Source of the DNA: a virus
Taxonomy: Duplodnaviria > Caudoviricetes
Direction: 5' to 3' (one strand)
DNA length: 64,000 bases
Virus record (IMG/VR): IMGVR_UViG_3300034375_007061
Coordinates: 1 to 64,000 of that record
Shown here: positions 28,720 to 38,229 of the stretch, in pieces
Position numbering within the stretch: the first letter of the stretch is position 1
Layout of the letters: the number at the start of each line of letters is the position of its first letter
Notes under the pieces: model-generated
Database searches by the model: none
What the model was told of the DNA's origin: nothing
What the model saw: the letters and a program-made list of their open reading frames with translations, nothing else
Made by a program: the position numbers and the translations under genes

Positions 28720-30037
28720 ACTACCAGAAAAATATTGTTACTTTGCTATGCAAGGATACAGCACACATCCACATGGAAGAACACGCCCTTGTTGTTTTAG
28801 TAGAATTGAAACTAATGCGTACATGCCAAGTGTTAATATTGGTGCAGTACCATACTGGCAAGAACACAAAAACTGGAATAGTCCTGATATTGCTGATTTT
28901 ATGAATGATCCAAAACTAATGGATATTAGATCACAACTTTTAAAAAATGAAACTCCAGAAGGTTGTAAAAGTTGTTTTGCTTTAGAAGATCAAGGTATAC
29001 GTAGTTTTAGACAAACATGGAATGAAATTTATGAAGATGACATAGATGAATCTCTTTCCAATGTAAGTGAAGACGGATACGTAGATCCAAAAGCAGTTAC
29101 TTATTTAGATATTAGTTTAGGTAATGTGTGCAATCTAAAATGCCGTAGTTGTAATCCATGGGCTAGTCATAGATGGATCGAAGAAGGTCCAACGGTTCCT
29201 CATACCGATTGGGACGAAACTGCATATCTTGTAGGAACTATGAGTAGTAAAAATCCTTGGTTTGTACAAGCATTTGAAGACAACTTCTTTGATGAAGTAT
29301 TACCTAATGTAAGAGTAATTAATTTTATCGGCGGTGAACCATTGGTTGTTGAAGAACACTATGCATGGCTAGAGCATATCATTGATAATGGTTGGGCACA
29401 AAACATAGAGCTACACTACAATACAAATGGTACAACTATTCCAGATAGACTTTTACGTATTTGGGATAAGTTTAGAGGTATTGTATTAAGTCTAAGTATA
29501 GATGCTATTGGAGATTTAGCATACTATGTACGTTTTCCTAGCAAATGGAAAATAGTTCAACGTAACGTAGACAAGTTAGCAGAGTTTAGTAAAACAAGAC
29601 ATGGTGTGGTTGTACATACACATGTAACTCTTAGCTTGTTAAATTTACATCAATTACCAGAAATACTTGGATGGTGTAAAGAACAATACGATAAATGGCA
29701 CTACACATGGGATTGGGGTAATCATGGATATCAAAATTGTTTACCTCATTTTAATATTGTTGAACACCCAAGACATTTGAATATTAGAAACCTACCAGCT
29801 GATAGAAAAAAACTAATGAATCAAATGCTAGAAGAACAATATAATAAATTTAAAATAGCAGGATTACCTGACTGGGAAAATTGGGCTATTGAAAACATTA
29901 TTAACTTAAAAAATGTTTTAAACCAAGAACCAAACGAAGGCGACTGGAAAGTATTTGTAGATAACACCAATGCTAGTGACAAATTTAGGAAGGTTGATAT
30001 AAATAATTACATTGATTGGGTTAAGGAGTATTTTTGA
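28625..30037 (+). CDS. Radical SAM protein with a twitch-like domain (start probably 28700)
   Basis: RPCC..CKSC; CNLKCRSC; IGGEP. Confidence 0.9.
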   Translation: MKVCGVLNHTAIVQQILILVKQGQNMQNKLDKLPEKYCYFAMQGYSTHPHGRTRPCCFSRIETNAYMPSVNIGAVPYWQEHKNWNSPDIADFMNDPKLMDIRSQLLKNETPEGCKSCFALEDQGIRSFRQTWNEIYEDDIDESLSNVSEDGYVDPKAVTYLDISLGNVCNLKCRSCNPWASHRWIEEGPTVPHTDWDETAYLVGTMSSKNPWFVQAFEDNFFDEVLPNVRVINFIGGEPLVVEEHYAWLEHIIDNGWAQNIELHYNTNGTTIPDRLLRIWDKFRGIVLSLSIDAIGDLAYYVRFPSKWKIVQRNVDKLAEFSKTRHGVVVHTHVTLSLLNLHQLPEILGWCKEQYDKWHYTWDWGNHGYQNCLPHFNIVEHPRHLNIRNLPADRKKLMNQMLEEQYNKFKIAGLPDWENWAIENIINLKNVLNQEPNEGDWKVFVDNTNASDKFRKVDINNYIDWVKEYF

Positions 30038-30645
30038 AACTTGCAGTTTTTGGTGACGAATTTTGTCATGGTGAAGGAACATTTGGAGGCTTTATTGCAG
30101 ACAAATTAAATATTGAATATGCAGATTGGACATTACCTGATACATCCAATCAACGTATATTCCAAGATGTAATTAATTATGTTTGTACACACCATCCTCA
30201 GGAAAACAATCACATTTTGCTTATTGGATGGACTGATCCTGCAAAAGTAGATGTGTATTTAGATAGTAGATATTATACATTCCAAAAAGATCGTAAGTCT
30301 TATCCTCATTTAATGGTTAACAATTTACATATAGCAGATAGATATTTCTTTGATTCTAATCTAGTTATGAATGATTGGGCAACTATGATTGTTAGTTTAC
30401 AAGGAATGTTAAATTTTATGGGAGTAAAATACTATATGTTTAACACCAGCACCAGTATTCTTAACAATGATCTTACACAGAAAAAATGTGCAGCAATTGA
30501 TACCAAATACTATTGGAATCCTATGAGTGCTAAACACACTTTTAAAAGATTCTGTGATGATAGGAAGATAACTGATGTACCAATGAAGCAAAAAACTTGG
30601 GGCAAACAATTAATGATAAAAATACGTGAGGCAAATTTGTTATGA
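30034..30645 (+). CDS. SGNH-fold-like protein (degenerate)
   Basis: FGDEF.HG, SNQRI, IGWT; lacks the catalytic Ser. Confidence 0.45.
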   Translation: MKLAVFGDEFCHGEGTFGGFIADKLNIEYADWTLPDTSNQRIFQDVINYVCTHHPQENNHILLIGWTDPAKVDVYLDSRYYTFQKDRKSYPHLMVNNLHIADRYFFDSNLVMNDWATMIVSLQGMLNFMGVKYYMFNTSTSILNNDLTQKKCAAIDTKYYWNPMSAKHTFKRFCDDRKITDVPMKQKTWGKQLMIKIREANLL

Positions 30646-31367
30646 AGATACTAGTTGCATTTGGTTGTAGCCATACACATGGAAGTATGATTGATGGCAA
30701 AGACGGTAGTAGTGAATATAATATTCGTAATGGGTTTCCTGGCATGTTTGCAAAAAGGAATGGATACCAACTTATCAATATAAGTAAGCCAGGTGGTAGT
30801 AATCAGTATATTCATAGACAGGTAATTGAATTTATAACTGGACATATGAATCCATCTCATGAATATCTTTTTTTGATTGGTTGGACAAGTTCAAATAGAA
30901 TTGAATTACGGTATCCAGACTATGAAGACCATACCTATCACACCTTAGGAGATTATCAAGATAGAAAGTATGTTGCATTTAGTCAAGGAACTAGTCCAAA
31001 TGTATTTCATACAGACCCTATTAAAAAATTATTAGATTTTACACCGTTATTTCTTGATACATCTGCAATGGAAACTAAATGGGCTGCCTATGCTTGTAGT
31101 TTACAAAATATATTATACAGCAAAGGTATTCCATATTTAATGCACAACACTTGCACTGAATTAAGAAAAAATCATATGAATAATGACATTGTACATGCTA
31201 TCGATACAACATATTACCCTCATCACACTAACAAAAAAATGTGTATGGTACAATATTTACTAGATAAAAAAGTTCCTAAAACTGAGTGCTGGCACTTCCA
31301 AAAAGAAGGACACGCTATGTGGGCAGATAAATTAAGTTTATGGGCTAATCAAGCTGGATTGGTATGA
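30642..31367 (+). CDS. SGNH hydrolase-like protein
   Basis: FGCSHTHG, GGSN, IGWTS..R, WH...GH..WA. Confidence 0.55.
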   Translation: MKILVAFGCSHTHGSMIDGKDGSSEYNIRNGFPGMFAKRNGYQLINISKPGGSNQYIHRQVIEFITGHMNPSHEYLFLIGWTSSNRIELRYPDYEDHTYHTLGDYQDRKYVAFSQGTSPNVFHTDPIKKLLDFTPLFLDTSAMETKWAAYACSLQNILYSKGIPYLMHNTCTELRKNHMNNDIVHAIDTTYYPHHTNKKMCMVQYLLDKKVPKTECWHFQKEGHAMWADKLSLWANQAGLV

Positions 31368-32005
31368 TACGTGATTGCAAATCTAGAAAATTTAGTTATC
31401 AAAGTTTAGAATACAACTTTAGATATGGGCAACCAGATGAAAAGTTTTTTCAACAAGTTTTGTTTGATCGTAGAGTAGAATTTTGGAAAAATATTTTTGT
31501 TCAAGAATTAGATATACAACACGCTATACATTACAATATTTTCCAATCAAGTTTAGATACATTTTGTATTTTTGTAGCAGCAAAAGAACTAGGTCTTGAT
31601 TTTGATAAATCTGGCTTTGACTTTAATGTATTTGTTTATACAAAATTTGCTAACAAAAAAATAAAACACGATCCTGATATTAGTGCTATTTCTAATAATA
31701 TAGTTGTACCAAACATAAAACTAAAAGGAACCGTGATGCACACGAACTACGGTTTAAATAATGATATGTTCATGCAATATTTGTTTCCTACAATGTGTAA
31801 TGATAAAGTTGAAAAACATAGTTGCTTAGGATATACAGATAGAGAAATTGGCATTCCAAAACTTGCAAGGATATGTAAGTATCTTACACCTAACCATATT
31901 TGCTTTCCTAATAAAAATGATGCAACTTACTTTAAAAATTTGTTAGAAACAGAAAATCCTATAAGAATATATTTTATGGTTGACAATAAATTAGAAATTT
32001 GTTAA
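31364..32005 (+). CDS. Hypothetical protein
   Basis: Coupled ORF. Confidence 0.55.
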   Translation: MIRDCKSRKFSYQSLEYNFRYGQPDEKFFQQVLFDRRVEFWKNIFVQELDIQHAIHYNIFQSSLDTFCIFVAAKELGLDFDKSGFDFNVFVYTKFANKKIKHDPDISAISNNIVVPNIKLKGTVMHTNYGLNNDMFMQYLFPTMCNDKVEKHSCLGYTDREIGIPKLARICKYLTPNHICFPNKNDATYFKNLLETENPIRIYFMVDNKLEIC

Positions 32006-32026
32006 GTTACTTCATAGGAGGAAATA

Positions 32027-32560
32027 ATGGGCATAAACAATATATGGGTCATAAGTGACACACACTTTAACCACAAAGCTATTCTAACATTTAAAGATTA
32101 TGCTGGCAAACCTCCTAGGGGTGGGTTTGATAATGTAGATCAAATGAACGAGTGCATGATGGATAATTGGGCTGCGGTTGTAAAGCCTAATGATACAATA
32201 TATCATTTAGGTGATGTATTGTTTGGTCAAAACAAACCTGGTTGGTTGGAAGATAATTTTACCAAATTGCCAGGTAAGAAAAAACTCATACTAGGCAACC
32301 ACGACAATCCAAAGTTTCTAGCACCATTCTTTAAAGAGATAATGCTGTGGAAGGATATGAGTGATATAGGTTTGTTGTTAAGTCACACACCCCAACACGC
32401 AAGTACACTTGCAGAGTCACATAGATTTGGTACTAATCCTGTATTAAATGTTCACGGACACATACACAGCAATCCTTCACCTGAAGGACCATACAAATGT
32501 GTGTGCGTTGAGCAAACAGATTATAAACCTGTAAATGTAGAGGATCTGTTAAATGCTTGA
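32027..32560 (+). CDS. Calcineurin-like metallophosphoesterase
   Basis: SDTH, HLGD, GNHD, HGHIH. Confidence 0.9.
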   Translation: MGINNIWVISDTHFNHKAILTFKDYAGKPPRGGFDNVDQMNECMMDNWAAVVKPNDTIYHLGDVLFGQNKPGWLEDNFTKLPGKKKLILGNHDNPKFLAPFFKEIMLWKDMSDIGLLLSHTPQHASTLAESHRFGTNPVLNVHGHIHSNPSPEGPYKCVCVEQTDYKPVNVEDLLNA

Positions 32561-32867
32561 TGATCACGCAGCAAAGATATTTGCAAAAAATATCAATATG
32601 ATGGTGCCATGGTATCTCATGGCATCATACGCTTACTACAAACAAGACGATGCTATCTTCTCAGATGGCTTCTTTGACGAAATGGGCAAAACAATGTTGG
32701 CCTGTTGGAATGACATTGAACACTTCCACAAAGAACACATAACCGTAGGCGACTTAGAAGCAGGCACTTTCCTAGGAGAGTATCCAAGTCGTGTAGAAGG
32801 TGGATTAGCAGAAGTGCGCAAAAAGTTTTTTACTAAAACAGGTAAGGTAAGGAAAAATGTCTCGTAA
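32553..32867 (+). CDS. Stand-alone protein resembling NAD-dependent DNA ligase domain Ia
   Basis: YAYYKQDDAIFSDGFFDEM matches YY..D....SD..YD. Confidence 0.6.
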   Translation: MLDDHAAKIFAKNINMMVPWYLMASYAYYKQDDAIFSDGFFDEMGKTMLACWNDIEHFHKEHITVGDLEAGTFLGEYPSRVEGGLAEVRKKFFTKTGKVRKNVS

Positions 32868-32969
32868 AGATGACTATGATTGCAACCTCCGTCTCAAACA
32901 CGCTCTCGAAATAGTTCTTGACTATTACGGGGATTGACTATATAGTAAGACATAACAAAGGAGAATGTA

Positions 32970-33164
32970 ATGTCTAAGTATGGTCCGCGAGTTTATGCTA
33001 GTGAAATAGTAAATACAAAAAAGCATTGGGCAGTTGGCACCGTTTGGACTGCTGAAGGCAGCAAAGGCATATACCACATTGAAATGAAGGACAATGGTTT
33101 TACTTGTGATTGTCCAGCGTTTAAAAAGTGTAAACACATCAAAGCAGTTGAGGAGGCATTCTAA
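32970..33164 (+). CDS. SWIM zinc-finger protein
   Basis: GSKG.Y, CDCPAF..CKHI. Confidence 0.75.
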   Translation: MSKYGPRVYASEIVNTKKHWAVGTVWTAEGSKGIYHIEMKDNGFTCDCPAFKKCKHIKAVEEAF

Positions 33165-34369
33165 TGGCAAGGGCAAGTAAAGTAGCAGCAAAACCCAAAA
33201 AGAAAACGGCAAGAGCAGTTCGTCGTGGCGCTAATATGATGCCTCTTATGCCTATGAAAGACATCACTTGGCACAAAGCTCAGTACTATACACACTATGA
33301 AGTAGAATCAAAGGAGTGGTTAACCGTTGTTAAAAACTATATTAAAAAACACTATGATAAAAAGATGGTTACTGCAATCAACAAGTTACCGGATTGGAAG
33401 ATTGGTGGGAAGAGCCATTGGGCGACTGCGGCATTTTTAATTGACAATGATAAAGCAGACATTGTTCCAGAAGGACACAGCAAAGGACTAGATAGATGGA
33501 TCAAAGAACTTACTGAAGAAGGTGCTGCTGTTGTTGAAGAAAAGAAAGCAGAAGAAAAAACTAAAAAGAATGTGTATGTTCCTAGTATTCAAGAACGTAT
33601 CCGTGATCAAGCATATGATGCATGTGAAGCTATTGAAGAATGGCTAGATGGATTTATTACAGACAAGAAAAACTTTGATGCTAAAGGTTTTGACTTTGTT
33701 TCACACTTTGCCAAGTTTAAGGTAACACAAGCACATGCCCGCAAGATTAAAGCATTCTATACTAGCGAATATGAAGAAGCACGTCTTATTCAAAAACTTC
33801 CAACTCCTGGAGAAATCAATCGTTGCAAAGACGAGCGTGAAGCTGACATGCTACAGCAGCTAAGAGAAGGCTACAACCATCTAACCAAAGCAGATGCTAA
33901 AGCATACTTAGAAGCATTAGAGACGCTACACGGCGCTTGTGACGTTGTTATAGACGCTGCTAAAGCAAATCGTAAACCTAAAGCTAAAAAAGCACCAAGT
34001 AAAGAAAAACTGATTGCCAAAATTAAGTACATGGAGCGTGATGATAAACTACAACTTGTTAGCGTTAATCCTTTAGAACTATTGGAGGCTACAGAAGTAT
34101 GGGTTTATAATACCAAGACACGTAAACTTGGCAAGTATGTAGCAGATGAATATCAAAAAGTTATAGGAGTAAAAGGTGCAAGTTTGGTTGGATTTAACGA
34201 ACACAAAAGTATCCAAAAGACACTTCGTAAACCAGATGAAACACTAAAAGCATTTAAGAAAGCAGGCAAGGTTGCATTACGCAAGTTTATGGATGATATA
34301 AAAACTACAGACATTAAACTAAACGGACGTCTAAATTCTGATACTATTATTCTAAAATGTGTAAAATAA
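33164..34369 (+). CDS. Conserved basic large-phage protein
   Basis: 401-aa ORF; WVYNTKTRKL, KTLRKP, LNGRLN. Confidence 0.7.
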   Translation: MARASKVAAKPKKKTARAVRRGANMMPLMPMKDITWHKAQYYTHYEVESKEWLTVVKNYIKKHYDKKMVTAINKLPDWKIGGKSHWATAAFLIDNDKADIVPEGHSKGLDRWIKELTEEGAAVVEEKKAEEKTKKNVYVPSIQERIRDQAYDACEAIEEWLDGFITDKKNFDAKGFDFVSHFAKFKVTQAHARKIKAFYTSEYEEARLIQKLPTPGEINRCKDEREADMLQQLREGYNHLTKADAKAYLEALETLHGACDVVIDAAKANRKPKAKKAPSKEKLIAKIKYMERDDKLQLVSVNPLELLEATEVWVYNTKTRKLGKYVADEYQKVIGVKGASLVGFNEHKSIQKTLRKPDETLKAFKKAGKVALRKFMDDIKTTDIKLNGRLNSDTIILKCVK

Positions 34370-34376
34370 ATATAGT

Positions 34377-34682
34377 ATGACATTAGAGAAACTTGAACGA
34401 CAGGTGTTGTTGTGGAACAGAGCTGCCATACTAGCACCTATTTTTTTTACTGGCCTATTGATGGTAGCATACTTTTTCCAAGTATGTGATTTACAAACAT
34501 TATTCTTTATAGCCTGTGGGTTATATTTTGGTACAGCAGTGATTTGGTGGTGGTGGACTATGAAAAGTATACACCTATTGGTTAAAACACTTACCAGCAC
34601 AAGAGAAGGTGTAATAGAAGTAGCAGCAGAACTCAAAAGTATTCGAGAAGAACTACAGGTTGACAAGAACACTGCTAAGTAG
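34377..34682 (+). CDS. Two-TM membrane protein
   Basis: Hydrophobic segments, WWWW. Confidence 0.6.
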   Translation: MTLEKLERQVLLWNRAAILAPIFFTGLLMVAYFFQVCDLQTLFFIACGLYFGTAVIWWWWTMKSIHLLVKTLTSTREGVIEVAAELKSIREELQVDKNTAK

Positions 34683-34688
34683 TATTAT
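34660..34688 (+). promoter_or_regulatory. sigma70-type promoter of queD
   Basis: TTGACA-17 bp-TATTAT. Confidence 0.65.
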
Positions 34689-34695
34689 TAACTAA

Positions 34696-34753
34696 AGTGG
34701 ACTAGGTGTTCGACCCACTATAAATATTCCGCACACTCCAGTAGCCGAGGAGT
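34696..34753 (+). promoter_or_regulatory. Structured 5' leader, candidate preQ1-I-like riboswitch
   Basis: AGTGG/CCACT stem followed by ATAAA; ACTCC/GGAGT hairpin over the SD. Confidence 0.4.
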
Positions 34754-34758
34754 ATAAT

Positions 34759-35208
34759 ATGAGTTACTATAGCACAAAAACATACGGGCACAACATTGGA
34801 TTGAGTGCCTGCTTTAGACAACCTAAAGCACATAGCCATTGTAGATTTTTACACGGATATAGTTTGCAATTTAGATTTACATTTGCAGCAGACGAACTAG
34901 ACGAAAAGAACTGGGTTGTAGATTTTGGTGGATTGAAACCACTTAAAGCATGGCTTGAAGATACATTTGATCATAAAGTTGTCCTAGACAGAGATGATCC
35001 AATGATGTATAAGTTTGCAGAACTGGAAAACGCAGGACTTGCTGAACTGACTATACTAGACGGTGTAGGTGTAGAGAAGTTTGCCTATCATGCTTGGAAA
35101 CAAGCAAACGAACTTGTACAAGAAATGACAAACGGACGTTGTCGTTGTGTAGAAGTAGAATGTGCTGAGCACGGAGCAAATAGTGCAATCTACAAAGCAA
35201 TGGACTGA
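34759..35208 (+). CDS. queD: 6-carboxytetrahydropterin synthase
   Basis: HCRFLHGY, VVDFG, FDHK, C-terminal EHGANSA. Confidence 0.85.
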   Translation: MSYYSTKTYGHNIGLSACFRQPKAHSHCRFLHGYSLQFRFTFAADELDEKNWVVDFGGLKPLKAWLEDTFDHKVVLDRDDPMMYKFAELENAGLAELTILDGVGVEKFAYHAWKQANELVQEMTNGRCRCVEVECAEHGANSAIYKAMD

Positions 35209-35965
35209 AACTAAAGCAGAAAGAAAAGCTAGGAAGGCCCGTGAAAAAACGGGTCTTTCTAGTGATAAAAAATATGTAGTTTGTTTAAAATGGGGACAAA
35301 AATATAGTGCAGAATATGTAAACAAATTGTATGATATGGTTGATCGTAATATAACCATAGATTATGAATTTGTTTGCTTTACAGAAGATACAAATGGTAT
35401 AAACAAAAATATCGAAGTTAAACCTTTGCCTAATATTCCTGCAACAGGTTGGTGGTACAAACCATATTTTGTAGGTGCTGATGTTCCTTTAAAAGGTACA
35501 ATGCTATTTTTAGATTTAGATGTTATTGTATTTAAAAACATAGACAAACTTTTTGAATATGATAATGATAAGTTCTGTATTATTAGAGATTTTAACAGGC
35601 ATTTACGTCCAACTTGGGATAGAATGAATAGTAGCGTTTTTAAAACTCCAGTTGGTTTAAATGATACACATTGGCAAAATTTTAAAAAAGGTGCAATGAA
35701 CGAAATGAAGAAAAATAGAGGTGATCAAGATTGGATGTTCAAACACATTAGAGGGCACAAGTTTTGGCCTGATGAATGGATAATGAGCTACAAATGGGAA
35801 ATGCGTGATCGTAGAGATTTACAACTTAACACAACAACTAGAAAACGTAATTTTGTTGTTGATGCACCGCCAAAAATTCATAATGATACGTGCATTGCAG
35901 TATTTCATGGTGAACCTAATCCTGCGGATGCAAATGATAGTTGGGTTAAACAACACTGGGGTTGA
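35162..35965 (+). CDS. GT-A fold glycosyltransferase (start uncertain)
   Basis: CLKWG.KY, FLDLDV (DxD), NSS, GDQ, FHGEPNP. Confidence 0.75.
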   Translation: MLSTEQIVQSTKQWTETKAERKARKAREKTGLSSDKKYVVCLKWGQKYSAEYVNKLYDMVDRNITIDYEFVCFTEDTNGINKNIEVKPLPNIPATGWWYKPYFVGADVPLKGTMLFLDLDVIVFKNIDKLFEYDNDKFCIIRDFNRHLRPTWDRMNSSVFKTPVGLNDTHWQNFKKGAMNEMKKNRGDQDWMFKHIRGHKFWPDEWIMSYKWEMRDRRDLQLNTTTRKRNFVVDAPPKIHNDTCIAVFHGEPNPADANDSWVKQHWG

Positions 35966-36166
35966 CAAAATGCATAATCTTTATTATAGTATTAGTATGG
36001 TTAGAACTTATATGATGTATGCAGGTCTTACTTTTCTTGGCTACGAGTATGGCGAGACAGAAGACGCAGTGATTTTTAGAACGGTGGCTAAGTTTGGTCA
36101 TCCAAACAAATGGAATGAAGATGAATATACAGCAAAACTTATTCCACATCCACAAGAGGCAGTAGC

Positions 36167-37201
36167 ATGACTAAACGCATAGGCTTTGCTTGTAAGTATC
36201 TACATTACAATCAAAATCAACCTAAGAAACTATTAGAAGAATTGCAACGTCCACTTACAGAAAAGTGTACAACCGTTGCGTGGCTAAATAGACAAACAAA
36301 GGATGTTGCAGAAGAACGCTTGTGGGATATCATGGTTCATAATGCAGCAGCAGCAAAAAGGTTAGTAGAATATGTGGGAAGCCTTCCTCCAGAACTTCGT
36401 ATGGTCCGATTGGGTAGCAATCAGCTTCCTTGTGCTACCGAGTCTAGCTGGCGCTATTTTTGGAGCAAGCCTGATGTGGTGGCGTACTGCGAGAAACACT
36501 ACGCAGCAGTCGGTGAAGCAGCCAGACGCTTGGATGTTAGACTCTCAATGCACCCAGGACAATTTACGGTCCTTGCTTCAGATAACGATGAAATCGTCGA
36601 AAGGTCAATAGATGAGTTTGAATATCACGTCAACTTACTACGGTGGATGGGCTACGGCAAGAAGTTCCAAGACTTCAAGTGTAATGTCCACATCTCAGGC
36701 AGAAAAGGTCCAGCCGGTATCAAAGACGTCCTTAAACGTCTCTCGCCGGAAGCAAGAAACACTATTACAATCGAGAACGACGAAAACTCGTGGGGACTCG
36801 ACGCCAGCATTGAACTTGCAAACGATCTCGCTCTGGTGCTAGACATACATCACCACTGGGTGAAAACAGGAGAATACATTGAACCAAATGACGACCGTAT
36901 TGGAATTATTATTGATAGTTGGCGTGGTGAGCGTCCTGCTATGCACTATTCTTTATGCCGTGAGGATTACTTACAGGATGCTGACCCAAGTGTACTACCG
37001 AACATGGACACATTACTTGAATCCGGATATAAAAAACAAAAACTAAGAGCACACAGCGATTACTGCTGGAATACAGCAAGTAACGAATGGGCATTGTCAC
37101 ACTGGGAATGGGCAGACATTATGGTCGAAGCAAAGATGAAAAATCTAGCAAGTGCGCAACTTTATAGTATGACTGAAGAGTCAAAACGTATGGCTGCATA
37201 A
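36167..37201 (+). CDS. uvsE: UV damage endonuclease
   Basis: RIGFAC, RLSMHPGQF, IENDE, LDIHHH, AHSD, MVEAK.K. Confidence 0.9.
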   Translation: MTKRIGFACKYLHYNQNQPKKLLEELQRPLTEKCTTVAWLNRQTKDVAEERLWDIMVHNAAAAKRLVEYVGSLPPELRMVRLGSNQLPCATESSWRYFWSKPDVVAYCEKHYAAVGEAARRLDVRLSMHPGQFTVLASDNDEIVERSIDEFEYHVNLLRWMGYGKKFQDFKCNVHISGRKGPAGIKDVLKRLSPEARNTITIENDENSWGLDASIELANDLALVLDIHHHWVKTGEYIEPNDDRIGIIIDSWRGERPAMHYSLCREDYLQDADPSVLPNMDTLLESGYKKQKLRAHSDYCWNTASNEWALSHWEWADIMVEAKMKNLASAQLYSMTEESKRMAA

Positions 37202-37221
37202 ATACTACATGGAGAAAACTA

Positions 37222-37512
37222 ATGAGTTATCTAAACAAAATGTATGCTGCAAAGTCGGCCCAGACCCAATCATCATCTAAAAATCCTAATAGAGTTTTAG
37301 GTGGTTTAAAGGGTGCTGGCGTGAATAGTTTCACTATGTTAGGCGAAGACGAAACAGAAAAACAGATTCCAACTTATGCTTATGTACAAGCATTGGAAGA
37401 AAAGCTCAAGAGACTAGAACAAACCGTACTTGAGCAAGACAAACACATTAGGAGATTGAGAAATGATCAAAGATTGGATCGAGAATCGTTTAAAACAACG
37501 TTCAACCGTTGA
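37222..37512 (+). CDS. Hypothetical coiled-coil protein
   Basis: GGAG RBS, TAAATA upstream. Confidence 0.6.
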   Translation: MSYLNKMYAAKSAQTQSSSKNPNRVLGGLKGAGVNSFTMLGEDETEKQIPTYAYVQALEEKLKRLEQTVLEQDKHIRRLRNDQRLDRESFKTTFNR

Positions 37513-37627
37513 TGGAATACTTATGGTTGCAGCAGGTGCAGCAATCATTGTTTTTTCACCATTAACTAAATTAATTGCATATGGCGCAATTGCATATGGA
37601 GCATATACAATTTGGCGTCAGAGCTAG
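37463..37627 (+). CDS. Small two-TM membrane protein (54 aa, not in the ORF track)
   Basis: AGGAG RBS; MIKDWIENRLKQRSTVDGILMVAAGAAIIVFSPLTKLIAYGAIAYGAYTIWRQS. Confidence 0.55.
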   Translation: MIKDWIENRLKQRSTVDGILMVAAGAAIIVFSPLTKLIAYGAIAYGAYTIWRQS

Positions 37628-38229
37628 ACAAATTAATATATGATTCTAAAATAAATCATGACAAAAAATTAATACATATTTTTACACCAAAGTGTGGCGG
37701 TTCGTCCGTCACACAATGGTTGTATGATTTAGATCCTAAATCAACTTGGTCTAAATTTCCACAGCTTGCTAAATCTATACCACCTGGTTATACATCTTTC
37801 GCAACAATACGGTCTCCAATACCTTGGGTTGTAAGTGGATACAGAATGTTTAAATCAAGATATAACTTACCTTTTGATTTTGAAACTCATTGCGAAATGA
37901 TCATAAATCCGTTGCCATTAATAAGGAATGAATATAAAAATAGAAAACAGGATCCTGAAAATGCTGTTCCGTGGGGAAGTTATTGGTGGCACTGCGGAAT
38001 AACTCCTGATACACATTTATTACCATCTACATATACGTTTAAACTAGAAAAGATAAGCTCTTTACAAAACTGGATGCGTAGATTTTATTCAAATGCATTA
38101 GATGTTCCTTTTGTACACACAAACAAATCTGAAAAAATACCAGTGCAAATGACTAGGACTACTCAGGAACTTATCAAAAGAAAAATGCATTATTATGCTG
38201 ATAGATTTGACTATGGCTGGAACACATGA
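37612..38229 (+). CDS. Sulfotransferase family protein
   Basis: 5'-PSB motif PKCGGSS and 3'-PB motif IRSP..WVVSGY. Confidence 0.7.
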   Translation: MASELDKLIYDSKINHDKKLIHIFTPKCGGSSVTQWLYDLDPKSTWSKFPQLAKSIPPGYTSFATIRSPIPWVVSGYRMFKSRYNLPFDFETHCEMIINPLPLIRNEYKNRKQDPENAVPWGSYWWHCGITPDTHLLPSTYTFKLEKISSLQNWMRRFYSNALDVPFVHTNKSEKIPVQMTRTTQELIKRKMHYYADRFDYGWNT

